64,000 bases of DNA from Polyangiales bacterium. Lineage in GTDB: Bacteria; Myxococcota_A; Polyangia; Polyangiales; JADJQN01. The stretch lies in contig CAXNJO010000009.1 of NCBI GenBank assembly GCA_964202905.1, positions 64,001 through 128,000 of the forward strand, given 5' to 3'. Below are positions 40,356-51,150 of the stretch, piece after piece. A program made the position numbers and the translations under genes. Positions within the stretch are counted from its first letter, which is position 1; the number at the start of each line of letters is the position of its first letter. The notes under the pieces are model-generated. The model was given only the letters and a program-made list of their open reading frames with translations. It was not told where the DNA came from and made no database searches.

Positions 40356-40441
40356 GCGACGAAGCTACGTCGGCCGCGCGCAGGTGTCACGGTGCGCCGT
40401 GGGGCGGACGCGCGCGGCTATGCTGCCGGCGCGGAGGCTCC

Positions 40442-41041
40442 ATGAAGCGGCTCGTCGACAACTTTCTCAAAGGCTGCCTGGTGCTCGTGCCGACGGCCAC
40501 GACGTTCTACGTCGTGTGGCTCGTGCTGCAAAAACTCGACTCGCTCGTGCCGCTGCCGCTCCCCGGACTCGGGCTCCTCCTCGCGCTCGCCGCGATCACG
40601 GCGATCGGTTGGGTCGCCTCGAACGTCGTCGGCCGCCGCGTCGTCGGCTGGGTCGAGGCGCTGCTCCGCAACCTGCCGGTCGTGCGCCTCCTGTTCACGT
40701 CCATCAAGGATCTGATGGGCGCGTTCGTCGGCGAAAAGCGCACCTTCGACAAGCCCGTGCTGGTGCGTCTCGACGAGGGCGGCGCGCTGCGCCTGCTCGG
40801 CTTCGTGACGTGCGAGCACTTCGACGACCCGCGCCTCGCAGGCCACGTCGCGGTGTACCTGCCGCAGTCGTACAACTTCGCGGGCAACGTGGTCGTCGTG
40901 CCGCGCGCACGCGTCGAGGCCATCGACGCCGACGGCGCCGAGTTCATGACCTTCATCGTGTCGGGCGGCGTCTCGGGAATGAGCGCGGCGCGGACGTACC
41001 TCGACTCACCGCTGCTCCTGCAACTCCGCAAGGGCGCCTGA
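40442..41041 (+). CDS. DUF502 family membrane protein
   Basis: FLKGCLVLVP, LPVVRLLFTSIKD, GFVT, VYLPQSYNFAG, FIVSGG; GGAGG SD. Confidence 0.85.
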   Translation: MKRLVDNFLKGCLVLVPTATTFYVVWLVLQKLDSLVPLPLPGLGLLLALAAITAIGWVASNVVGRRVVGWVEALLRNLPVVRLLFTSIKDLMGAFVGEKRTFDKPVLVRLDEGGALRLLGFVTCEHFDDPRLAGHVAVYLPQSYNFAGNVVVVPRARVEAIDADGAEFMTFIVSGGVSGMSAARTYLDSPLLLQLRKGA

Positions 41042-41084
41042 GCGGCGTGCGGTCCGCGCCCGCAGCGACTACACACGGCGCGCG

Positions 41085-41537
41085 ATGAAGACCCCGTACC
41101 GCTCCGTGCAGCGCGTCTATTTCGACGACCTCGACGCGCTCAACATCCTGCACAACATGCGCTTCCTGCTCTTCATCGAGCGCGCGCGCGGCGAGCTCTT
41201 CCAGGCGCTCGGCTTCCACTGGGAGGACGACGTCACGATCAACCCCGACAAGTTCCACGTCGTCGCCGAGCATCAGATCCACTATCTCCGCCCGGTGCGT
41301 GGCGAGGGCGAGCTGAGCGTCGAGCTCACGCCCACGCACCTCGGCCGCACGAGCCTGATCATCGCGGCGCAGGTGCGCGCGAAGCACGGCGACGAACTCT
41401 TCGCGGAGGCGTCCACGCGCCTCGTCCGGCTCGATCCGCAGGCGCAGACGCCCTGCCCGTGGAGCGAGCGCATGCGGCTGCGGATGGGCCCGCTCGTCGC
41501 GCCTGCCCCCGCCACGGCGACGCCGCGCTCGCGCTGA
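41085..41537 (+). CDS. Acyl-CoA thioesterase (4HBT/YbgC hotdog family)
   Basis: VYFDDLDALNILHN..FLLFIERAR, IHYLRPV, GRTSL. Confidence 0.85.
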   Translation: MKTPYRSVQRVYFDDLDALNILHNMRFLLFIERARGELFQALGFHWEDDVTINPDKFHVVAEHQIHYLRPVRGEGELSVELTPTHLGRTSLIIAAQVRAKHGDELFAEASTRLVRLDPQAQTPCPWSERMRLRMGPLVAPAPATATPRSR

Positions 41538-43006
41538 TCGTCGGTCGTTCGCGGCACGCACGGCCCGGGTGCGGTGCGGGCGTCACGCGCGTGTCCATGC
41601 AGCACCGGGGTCGCGAGCGCCGCGAGCTCCTCGAAGGCCGCCACGAAGTCGCCCGTCACCGCAGCGAGCTCCGTCACGACCTCCGAATCGGCGTGCAGCC
41701 CGAGGTGCAACCAGCCGTCGTAGCCGAGCCACGCGACGCCGAGCGCCTGGTGCGAGAACAGCGGCACCAGCGGATACACCGACTCGACGCGCGAGCGCGC
41801 GAGATACGCGGGCACCGGCGGTCCGGCCATGTTCGTGACGACGACGTTGAACGCGCGCAGCCGCATCGCGAGCGTGAACGTGAGGCTGACGAGGTTCGGC
41901 CCCGCGAGATCGCCGACCCGCTCGAGGAAGGCCGTGCCCTCGATCTCGTGCGAGCAGTGCTTCAGTTCGTCGACGTTCTCGCGCACGCGCGAGAGGCGGG
42001 CGCGCGCGTCCGGCTCGGAGACGGGCAGCTCCGCGAGCAACAGCGCGATGTGGTTCCCCAGCCCGGCCTCGCCCGTGCGCGGCCGCAGATCCACGGGCAC
42101 GAGGGCGCGGAACGAGCGGATGTGGTCCACGTCGTCGCCCATGCGCGCGAGCGTTCGGCGCAGCCCGCCCGCGACGACCGCGAGCGCGACGTCGTTGACC
42201 GTCCCGCCGAGCACGGCGCGGATCGCGCGCACGCGCCCGAGATCGAAGCGCGCGCCCGAAAACACACGTTGTGCGCCGATGCGCGCGGGGTTGAGCGCGG
42301 TGCGCGTCGCCGGCGTGAGGCCGGTGCGCAACGTCCGCGCGACGCCCAGCGCGACGTCGCGCGCGCGGGAGAGGCCAGCCCGCCCGCGGAGCGTCGCCCG
42401 CAGCTCGCCGCTCAGCTCGCCGAGCTGGCGCACGCGCGCCTGCGCCAGCGTCTGCACCACCCGGGGCAGCCCGTGCGGCTCCGCCAGCCACGGCGCCTCC
42501 TTCGGTCGCGCATCCTCGGCGGCGAAGCGCACGATCGCGGTGAGCACGCCGAGCCCGCCCACGCCGTCCACGAGCGCGTGGTGCGCCTTGATGACGAGCG
42601 CGAGGCGACCGCCGGCGAGCCCCTCGACGAGCCACAACTCCCACAGCGGCCCGCCCGGCGGGAGGGGGCGCGAGTAGATCGCCCCCGCGAGTTCGAAGAG
42701 CTCGGCATCGCGCCCCGGACGCAGGAGCGCAGCGCGGTGCAGGTGCGCCTCGAGCCGGAAACGCGGATCGTCGACCCACGCGGCGCCGAGTCCCGGCACC
42801 TCGACCACGCGCTGCCGGAAGCGCGGCGCAGCGGCCAGCCCCGCGCCCACGAGCGCGCCGATGCGCGCGAGGTCGAGCGCCCCGTCGGACGCGACGAGAT
42901 CGCTCGGCCCCAGCACGACCACAGCGCCGACGTGCATCCCCGCGAAGCGTCGCTCGAGGTCGAGGAACGCGCGATCGGTGGCCGAGAGCACATCGACGGA
43001 GGCCAT
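41282..43006 (-). CDS. Wax ester synthase / diacylglycerol acyltransferase (WS/DGAT)
   Basis: LSATDRAFL, MHVG, PLWE, HHALVDG active site, GTVNDV, LGNH, VVTNMAGP; 3' end uncertain because it runs antisense into the thioesterase gene. Confidence 0.85.
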   Translation of the reverse strand: MASVDVLSATDRAFLDLERRFAGMHVGAVVVLGPSDLVASDGALDLARIGALVGAGLAAAPRFRQRVVEVPGLGAAWVDDPRFRLEAHLHRAALLRPGRDAELFELAGAIYSRPLPPGGPLWELWLVEGLAGGRLALVIKAHHALVDGVGGLGVLTAIVRFAAEDARPKEAPWLAEPHGLPRVVQTLAQARVRQLGELSGELRATLRGRAGLSRARDVALGVARTLRTGLTPATRTALNPARIGAQRVFSGARFDLGRVRAIRAVLGGTVNDVALAVVAGGLRRTLARMGDDVDHIRSFRALVPVDLRPRTGEAGLGNHIALLLAELPVSEPDARARLSRVRENVDELKHCSHEIEGTAFLERVGDLAGPNLVSLTFTLAMRLRAFNVVVTNMAGPPVPAYLARSRVESVYPLVPLFSHQALGVAWLGYDGWLHLGLHADSEVVTELAAVTGDFVAAFEELAALATPVLHGHARDARTAPGPCVPRTTDDQRERGVAVAGAGATSGPIRSRMRSLHGQGVCACGSSRTRRVDASAKSSSPCFARTCAAMIRLVRPRCVGVSSTLSSPSPRTGRR

Positions 43007-43053
43007 GGGCGGCACGTAGTCGCCCCACGCGCCCGCGCCAGCGTCGTCGCTCG

Positions 43054-43104
43054 TTCGCGCGTAGGAACGCGCCCGCGCCGCGCACGCGTTCCAACACGCG
43101 CGAA
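43054..43104. other. Long imperfect inverted repeat (hairpin) between serA-like gene and WS/DGAT
   Basis: TTCGCGCGT-a-GGAACGCG / 13-nt loop / CGCGTTCC-aac-ACGCGCGAA. Confidence 0.6.
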
Positions 43105-43179
43105 AACCAAACGTGAAGCTCCCGAGTGGCGTCCCGCCCCCGCGCGCCTGACGCGGATCACCTCACGCGATGAACGCCC

Positions 43180-44379
43180 TCACACCGTCGATGCCGAGAC
43201 GTGGAAGACGTCGGGGCTCTCCTCGATCGCGCGCAGGATCGCCGGCGTCGGCTCACCGACGACCTCCACGCGCGCGCAGGCCGCGTGAGAACCCGAGAAC
43301 ACGATGTTCTCCATGCCCTGCACGTTGTGCTTCGCGGCGCTGAGCACGCCGAGAACGTGCGCGAGCACGCCGACGCGATCGGCGTGGCGCACGACGATCA
43401 CGTGCGTCGCGGCCGAGCGCAGCGCGAGGTTGACGCAGTTCGGGATCGGCTCCGCGTCGCGGTGCGCGGCCACGATCCGCACGACCTCCTCGCCGACCGC
43501 CTCCTCCGCCTCCTCGGTGCTCGCGCCGATGTGATGCGTCCCGTACACGTTGGGGTGGTCCGCGATCGCGCCCTCGAACGCGCCCTGCGCGGACGACGGC
43601 TCCACGGCGAACACGTCGAGCCCGGCCCGGATGCCGCGGGTCGTGCAGGCCTCGAGGAGCGCGTCCTGATCGACGACCTCTCCGCGCGAGGTGTTGATGA
43701 AATACGCCCCGGGCCGCATCGCGGAAAACACGCTGGCGCCGATGCGCCGCTCCGTCTCGCGAGTGAGCGGCAGGTGCACCGTGACCGCGTCGGCGTTCAC
43801 GACGGCCGCTTCCGCCGTGGGCGCCCGCACGATGCCGAGGTCCGCGGGGTCGCCCCCGCGGAAGCTCGACCACCCCACGACATGCATCCCGAACGCGCGC
43901 GCGCGCGCCGCGACCTCGCGTCCGATCGCGCCGACGCCGAGGATCGCGAGCGTCCGTCCACGCAGTCCGCGCGCCTCGCCGAAGGTCTTCTTGTCCCAGC
44001 GATGTGCGCGCAGCGCGGCCACGTTGTCCGCGATGCGTCGGTCGAGGTTGAGCAGGTGCCCCATCGTCAGCTCGGCGACGGCGGACGCGTTCTTTCCCGG
44101 ACAGTTCGACACGTAGACGCCGCGCGCCGACGCCGAGGCCATGTCGATGGTGTTCACGCCCGCGCCTGCTCGAACGATCAGCGAGAGCGAGCGCCCGGCC
44201 GCGACGTGCTCCGCGCCGACCTTCGTGCTGCGCACGACGAGCACCTCCGGGTCGAACCCCTCGAGGCGCGCGGCGAGCGACGCGCCCTCGAGCTTCGCGT
44301 CGACCTCGACCTGCGCCCCGAGATCCTGCAGGCGACCGGACACGAACGACGCGAGTTTGTCGGCGATCAAGATGCGCAT
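43180..44379 (-). CDS. serA: D-3-phosphoglycerate dehydrogenase-like 2-hydroxyacid dehydrogenase with C-terminal ACT domain
   Basis: RAGAGVNTID, GVGAIG, INTSRG, LDVF..EP, HIGAST, ACT HADRVGVLA. Confidence 0.78.
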   Translation of the reverse strand: MRILIADKLASFVSGRLQDLGAQVEVDAKLEGASLAARLEGFDPEVLVVRSTKVGAEHVAAGRSLSLIVRAGAGVNTIDMASASARGVYVSNCPGKNASAVAELTMGHLLNLDRRIADNVAALRAHRWDKKTFGEARGLRGRTLAILGVGAIGREVAARARAFGMHVVGWSSFRGGDPADLGIVRAPTAEAAVVNADAVTVHLPLTRETERRIGASVFSAMRPGAYFINTSRGEVVDQDALLEACTTRGIRAGLDVFAVEPSSAQGAFEGAIADHPNVYGTHHIGASTEEAEEAVGEEVVRIVAAHRDAEPIPNCVNLALRSAATHVIVVRHADRVGVLAHVLGVLSAAKHNVQGMENIVFSGSHAACARVEVVGEPTPAILRAIEESPDVFHVSASTV

Positions 44380-44616
44380 GGCCTGCTCTCCTCCGCCCTC
44401 CGCGGGCGCTGCGCGAGGATACGCGTGCCGCGCGCGGAGATCATGCGGCGCGCGCAGGCGCCACGACTCCCCCACACTGCAACCTCCTTGATGCGTCGGC
44501 GCACGTGCCAGCCGCGCGAATGCGCGCGACGCTTCGCCAGGCGTCCACGGGGCATCCGCGCCCTTTCGTCCGCTGCGCCTCGCACCGCGCACCACGGAGC
44601 ACTAGGCTCCGCCTCG

Positions 44617-44958
44617 ATGTCGGAACTGCCGCCCTTCATCCCGACACGCGCGCACCTCCTCGTGTGCACGGGGCCTTCGTGTCGGCGCGTCGGCGGCGCC
44701 GAGCTCTTCGCGAACGCCTGGCAGGACCTCGAGACCCACCGGCTCGCGTACTACACGCGCGGTGGCTCGCTGCGCCTCACCGAGAGCGGCTGCCTCGGCG
44801 CCTGCGCGCGCGGCCCCAACGTCGCCGTCTACCACGACGCCGACGGCCGCCTCGAGCAGGCCTGGTACATCCGCATGGATCGCGGCGCGCTGCTCCGTCT
44901 GTCTCGCGCGCTGCACGACGGCGCGCCCCTGCCCCCGCAGAACCGCTTCGACCGCTGA
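44617..44958 (+). CDS. Thioredoxin-like [2Fe-2S] ferredoxin
   Basis: VCTGPSC...SGCLGACARGPNVAVY...WY. Confidence 0.85.
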   Translation: MSELPPFIPTRAHLLVCTGPSCRRVGGAELFANAWQDLETHRLAYYTRGGSLRLTESGCLGACARGPNVAVYHDADGRLEQAWYIRMDRGALLRLSRALHDGAPLPPQNRFDR

Positions 44959-45027
44959 ACCGCTGCGGTCGCGGCGACACGCCCCTGGGCCCGAGGACGC
45001 CGACGAGCGCGTCCTTCGCGCGCTCGC

Positions 45028-45687
45028 TCAGGGCACGCGCGGCATCGCGGCGCAACTCACCAAGACCACGACCAACCAGCACGCGAGCCAGCGTGATGCG
45101 CCGCGCGCCCGCGGGATCGTGTGCACGAACGTCCGCGAATCGCCGGTCGCGCCGACCTGAGTCACGCCCTCAGCGCCGGTCGCGAGGAAGCCGAAGCACA
45201 CCGCGGGAAGCTGGACGATCCCTCCGACCGCGCCGAGGAAAGCCGACGCGAAGAGGCCACCCGTCCAACCGTTCGCGCCGTCCACGGGCTGCATCAGCAC
45301 CCAGGCGAAAGGCGCCGCCCCGAGCACGACGGCCCCGGCCGCCACGGCGATCGACGCGCGAACCGTCGACACGGTCCGCTGGCGCGCCGCGGCCCCCCTT
45401 GCACCGATGGCACGGCGAGTCCCTGCCTCTCCAGAGACCCGCGGGCCCCCCGGTACGCCGGCGTGCGCGCGTCGGCCCCCTCGGACGGCATGCGCGCGTT
45501 GTCGCGCGCGACGGGACGGCGACGCATCCGAGGGCGGTCCGTCCGCGCCCGGATCGGATTGCGCCCGTGAGAGGCGCGCGATCGCCTCGTCTTTCTCGCG
45601 GAGCGCGCGCGCTTGCGCGTCGAGGCGCGCCTCGAGGGCCTCCGCGCGCGCACGAAGCGCCTCGACCGGACTGCGAAAACCGCCCAT
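45028..45687 (-). CDS. Hypothetical membrane protein with N-terminal coiled coil (internal frame uncertain)
   Basis: Heptad-like ALRARAEALEARL, three hydrophobic segments; ATG 45687 with TACGGT 6 nt upstream. Confidence 0.5.
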   Translation of the reverse strand: MGGFRSPVEALRARAEALEARLDAQARALREKDEAIARLSRAQSDPGADGPPSDASPSRRARQRAHAVRGGRRAHAGVPGGPRVSGEAGTRRAIGARGAAARQRTVSTVRASIAVAAGAVVLGAAPFAWVLMQPVDGANGWTGGLFASAFLGAVGGIVQLPAVCFGFLATGAEGVTQVGATGDSRTFVHTIPRARGASRWLACWLVVVLVSCAAMPRVP

Positions 45688-45884
45688 CCCGCGACCGTAC
45701 ACCAGCCTGACGCTGCCGCGTTGCGCACCTTCGTCACCGCGCGTCGGCCTCGCCGTCCGGCGGCGCGCGCCCAGCAGACCTCGCGGGCAACGCCGATCCA
45801 GTCACGACCGCACCGAGTCCAAGCGCCGAACTCGGACGCCCGAAGAACCCCGCGACGACCCGCCAGCGAACCCTTCCCCGGCCC

Positions 45885-45925
45885 AAATCGAAACAGCCGC
45901 CCCCGGTCTCCCGGAAGGCGGCTGT
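45885..45925 (-). terminator. Intrinsic terminator after tRNA-Met
   Basis: Minus strand ACAGCCGCC-ttccgggagaccggg-GGCGGCTGT followed by TTCGATTT. Confidence 0.75.
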
Positions 45926-45938
45926 CGATGTATCCAAG

Positions 45939-46015
<77 letters not shown>

Positions 46016-46029
46016 TCAGAAGTGAGCGG

Positions 46030-46057
46030 ACTATACGCGTGCGTCCGCCCTTGTCAA
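46030..46057 (-). promoter_or_regulatory. Sigma70-type promoter of tRNA-fMet
   Basis: TTGACA-16 nt-TATAGT followed by GC-rich discriminator CCGCTC. Confidence 0.85.
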
Positions 46058-46065
46058 CGACTGTT

Positions 46066-47145
46066 TCACTTCTTCTTCGATCCGCCACGACGCGGCCCCG
46101 CGCCAGTCCCGGGCCGACCCACTCCGCGGCGCGCTCCACGCGGCGACTCCGCGCGGGCGGCCTGCGGCGACGCATACTTGTCTGCAACGCGCGGCTTTCG
46201 CGTCGGAGCGCGCGGCCGCGGCGACGCGGGCGGCAGCGCTTCCGCGTCGAACGCGCCCGCATCGTCGGCACCCTCGATCAGGTCGAGGGGCTCCCAGCCA
46301 GCGTCCTCCGCCTCGAGCGGGCCCCCATCGCCCTCGAGCGCCACCTCCTCGAGGGCCCGCGCGGCCTGCCGTGCCGCGTGGGCCGCGCTCCGCTTCTGCC
46401 CGAGGCGCCGGGCGCGCGCAGGGACGAGGTAGGCGGTCTTCAGTTTCTCGACTTCCTTCTCCTCGAGCGGCCGAATCTCCCCCGGTCGAATGCGATCGGT
46501 GTCGATGCCCGCGAAGCTGAGGCGCGCGAGCCGCGACACCGGGTGTCCGACCGCGTCGCCCATGCGGACGATCTGACGGTTGCGACCTTCATGGATGGTG
46601 ATGCGGACCCAAGTCGAGCCCGACTCTTCGCGGAGCACGATCACGTCCGCAGGCGCCGTCATGTGGCCGTCGTCGAGCTCGACGCCGTTGCGCAGCGCCT
46701 CGAGCGCCCCCGTGTCGACGTCACCCCGGAGCTTCGCCACGTAGACTTTCGGCACCTTGCGGCTCGGGTGCAGCAACGCCTCCGCGAGTTCGCCGTCGTT
46801 CGTGACGAGCAGGGCTCCGCTCGTGTGGAAGTCGAGGCGACCGACCGGAAAGAGCCGTTCCGGGAACCGACCGAGGATGTCCCCGAGCGACGGCCGTCCC
46901 TCCGGGTCGCGGAGCGTCGACACGACGCCGCGCGGCTTGTGAAGGATGTAGTAGGCGGGGTGTTCGAGCACGACGCGGCGCCCGTCCACCTCGATGCGGT
47001 CGCGCCGGCCATCCGCCTGGCTGCCCAGCTCGCTGACGATGCGGCCGTTCACGCGAACTCGGCCGTCCGTGATCAACTCCTCCGCGGCGCGTCGCGAGGA
47101 CACGCCAGCGCGCGCGAGGATCTTCTGGAGTCGTTCGAGGGCCAC
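46066..47145 (-). CDS. rluB: RsuA/RluB family pseudouridine synthase (S4 domain)
   Basis: ERLQKILARAGVSSRR, HKPRGVV, PVGRLDFHTSG, EGRNRQI. Confidence 0.85.
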   Translation of the reverse strand: MALERLQKILARAGVSSRRAAEELITDGRVRVNGRIVSELGSQADGRRDRIEVDGRRVVLEHPAYYILHKPRGVVSTLRDPEGRPSLGDILGRFPERLFPVGRLDFHTSGALLVTNDGELAEALLHPSRKVPKVYVAKLRGDVDTGALEALRNGVELDDGHMTAPADVIVLREESGSTWVRITIHEGRNRQIVRMGDAVGHPVSRLARLSFAGIDTDRIRPGEIRPLEEKEVEKLKTAYLVPARARRLGQKRSAAHAARQAARALEEVALEGDGGPLEAEDAGWEPLDLIEGADDAGAFDAEALPPASPRPRAPTRKPRVADKYASPQAARAESPRGARRGVGRPGTGAGPRRGGSKKK

Positions 47146-47160
47146 GCAGCGCTCGGGCGG

Positions 47161-47919
47161 TCAGCCCGTCCCGCCATCGGCTGCCGGCGCCGCGGCGGGC
47201 GCAGCGCCCTCGCCGCCCTCGCCGAGGGACTCGCCGTTCTCGGCTTCGCGCGTGTTGCCGAGTTGGGGGCGGGTGTTCGCATCGCGGTCCCAACGATCGA
47301 CGACGCCGTCGCCGTCCACGTCGGAGCCCATGCGCACCATCCGACCCTCTTCGAAGTACTCCCAGCGATCGGGCTGCCAGCGCTCGCCGCTGCTGCGTCC
47401 GCCCAAGTCACGCTCGGCGCGGATGGGCTGTCCCCGCTCGTAAAACGTTTTGGTGTCGACCTTCCCGTCGGCGTTGGTGTCGGCCTCGCTGCGCGCGACG
47501 CGGCCACTCTCGAAGTACGCGACCTCGTCCATCTGCCCGTCGAAGTTGCGGTCCGCCTCTTCGCGGAGCGGGCGGCCCTCGTCGTTGTAGTAGCGGACGA
47601 TGTCCTTCGTGCCGTCGCCGTTGAGGTCGGCCTCGCGGCAGATGAGCACGAGGCGCACGAGCGGCGCGCGCCCGATCTGCTGAAACACCTTCCTCACGTC
47701 GGGGCGGTCGTCGCCCGAGGTGTCGTACTCGCTGACCTCGCGGTCGGCGGCCGAGGCGTCACAGCGTCCGGCGGAAGCGGCGCTCGCCTGCGCATCGCCA
47801 GATGATTCGACCGAGCGCGAGCTTCGCGAGGTCGTTCGGTCGGTCTGCTCACCCGCGGCGCCGCAGCCGAGTGAGCAGGGCGCCCCCACGAGCGCAGCGA
47901 CGATCATCCAGCGGTTCAT
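47161..47919 (-). CDS. Lipoprotein with repeated Dx[DN]xDG loops
   Basis: Lipobox SLGC; DTSGDD, DLNGDG, DRNFDG, DTNADG, DVDGDG at ~22-28 aa spacing. Confidence 0.75.
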   Translation of the reverse strand: MNRWMIVAALVGAPCSLGCGAAGEQTDRTTSRSSRSVESSGDAQASAASAGRCDASAADREVSEYDTSGDDRPDVRKVFQQIGRAPLVRLVLICREADLNGDGTKDIVRYYNDEGRPLREEADRNFDGQMDEVAYFESGRVARSEADTNADGKVDTKTFYERGQPIRAERDLGGRSSGERWQPDRWEYFEEGRMVRMGSDVDGDGVVDRWDRDANTRPQLGNTREAENGESLGEGGEGAAPAAAPAADGGTG

Positions 47920-48872
47920 GGCGTTCCCCCGTTCGGCGCCGCGGGCTGCGCGGCAGCGCCCGGTTCCGCTATGGCGCCCGCCTGCGCAGCGGTCTCAGGT
48001 GCGGCCGCGTCCGTTCCGCTCGGCGCCGCGGTCGCTCCCTCGACGGGGGGCGCTGCCGCAGCGTCCCCCGTCGTCGGGGCAGTCCCCTCGGCCGCCGTGG
48101 GCGCAGGCGTGGGCGGCGGCGCGAGCGGCGACCCGTCGCAACTCACGGGGTCTTCGGCCGGCCCGGCGCTTTCGGTCGGCGTCTCCTCGTCCCGGTCGGG
48201 CTGCGCGTCGTTGTTCGTGTCGAAGCGCGTGCGGACGAGCCGCCCCGCCTCGAACACTTCCCATTTCTCGGGCTGACGATCGTTGTTGTCGTCGTACGCG
48301 ACCTGCACGAGGCGGCCATCCGCGTAGGACTCCCACGCATCGGGGCGGCCCGTGTGGTGCCGGTCGCGCTCGGCACGTGCCACGTTGCGGCCGTCGCACC
48401 AGAGCCACGTGTCGATGACGTTGTCGAAGTTGGTGTCGAGCTCGCGGCTCGCGACTCGACCGCCCTCGAAGGTGGTGATCTGGTCGATGCGGCCGTCGAA
48501 ATCGAAGTCGTGTTCTTCGCGCGCCACGGTCGTGCCGTCGGGCGCGAAGAAACGGTTGATGTCGACGCGGCCGTCGAAGTTCATGTCGAGGAGCGCGCAG
48601 CGCTCGCGACCGCCTTCGAAGACGTGCCGGATGTCGGGGGTCCCGTCGTTGTTGACGTCGACCGCCGAGACCTGACGGCCGCTCGGGTCGCACTGCTCCC
48701 GCACCGCGACGCTCGCCCGCGACCCCTCGGGCGTGGTGCCGCCCCCCGCGAGCGGCTCGTCGGCCCCGCCGCACGCGGCCAGGCCGCCGGCCGCGGCTCC
48801 GCAGCCAAGCGCGCCAACGAGAAACCCGCCGAGGTAGCCCTTCCTCACGAACGACGTGCCCTTCGACTTCAT
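47916..48872 (-). CDS. Lipoprotein with repeated Dx[DN]xDG loops (paralog of neighbour)
   Basis: Lipobox ALGC or LAAC; DVNNDG, DMNFDG, DFDFDG, DTNFDN, DDNNDR, DTNNDA; Pro/Ala/Thr tail. Confidence 0.75.
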   Translation of the reverse strand: MKSKGTSFVRKGYLGGFLVGALGCGAAAGGLAACGGADEPLAGGGTTPEGSRASVAVREQCDPSGRQVSAVDVNNDGTPDIRHVFEGGRERCALLDMNFDGRVDINRFFAPDGTTVAREEHDFDFDGRIDQITTFEGGRVASRELDTNFDNVIDTWLWCDGRNVARAERDRHHTGRPDAWESYADGRLVQVAYDDNNDRQPEKWEVFEAGRLVRTRFDTNNDAQPDRDEETPTESAGPAEDPVSCDGSPLAPPPTPAPTAAEGTAPTTGDAAAAPPVEGATAAPSGTDAAAPETAAQAGAIAEPGAAAQPAAPNGGTP

Positions 48873-49025
48873 ACCGACGAAGGCTCCCTTCCGCCCCGAG
48901 CGACGAATCCCCGCGCGGGTCGACCCCGCCCGCGCACGCCTGCTGAAGACCGGCGGCAATCTAGCCGCATGACCCCACCGCCCGCAACCCGCACCGCGTG
49001 AAGAGGCATGGGCGGGCCTCATGAA

Positions 49026-49054
49026 TTGACCGTATGTGGCTGGCCATATATGTT
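49026..49054 (+). promoter_or_regulatory. Sigma70-type promoter with internal palindrome, driving the RHH gene
   Basis: TTGACC-17 nt-TATGTT; TATGTGGC-tg-GCCATATA at 49033-49050; GTG start 6 nt after the -10. Confidence 0.7.
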
Positions 49055-49060
49055 CACGCC

Positions 49061-49255
49061 GTGGCCCGCAAGAAGATCTCGACGACGATCTACATCACGC
49101 CCGAGCAGAACGAAAAACTCAAGGTGCTCCACGACCGCACGAAGGTGCCCGTCGCGGTCTACATCCGAGAAGGCATCGACCTCGTGCTCGAGCACCACGC
49201 CGCCGAGCTCCCCGGCCAGCTCACGCTCGACTCGCTGCCCACGTCCAAGCGCTGA
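49061..49255 (+). CDS. Small ribbon-helix-helix DNA-binding protein
   Basis: KKISTTIYITPEQNEKLKVL...VPVAVYIREGIDLVL. Confidence 0.85.
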   Translation: MARKKISTTIYITPEQNEKLKVLHDRTKVPVAVYIREGIDLVLEHHAAELPGQLTLDSLPTSKR

Positions 49256-49325
49256 GCCGCGCGTGCTCGCGCGCGCACGCCGCGGCTGCTAGACCGCGCC
49301 CTCGCGCTTCGCGAGCAGGGATCAG

Positions 49326-51131
<1,806 letters not shown>

Positions 51132-51150
51132 GCCAGCACGGGGACTCGCG

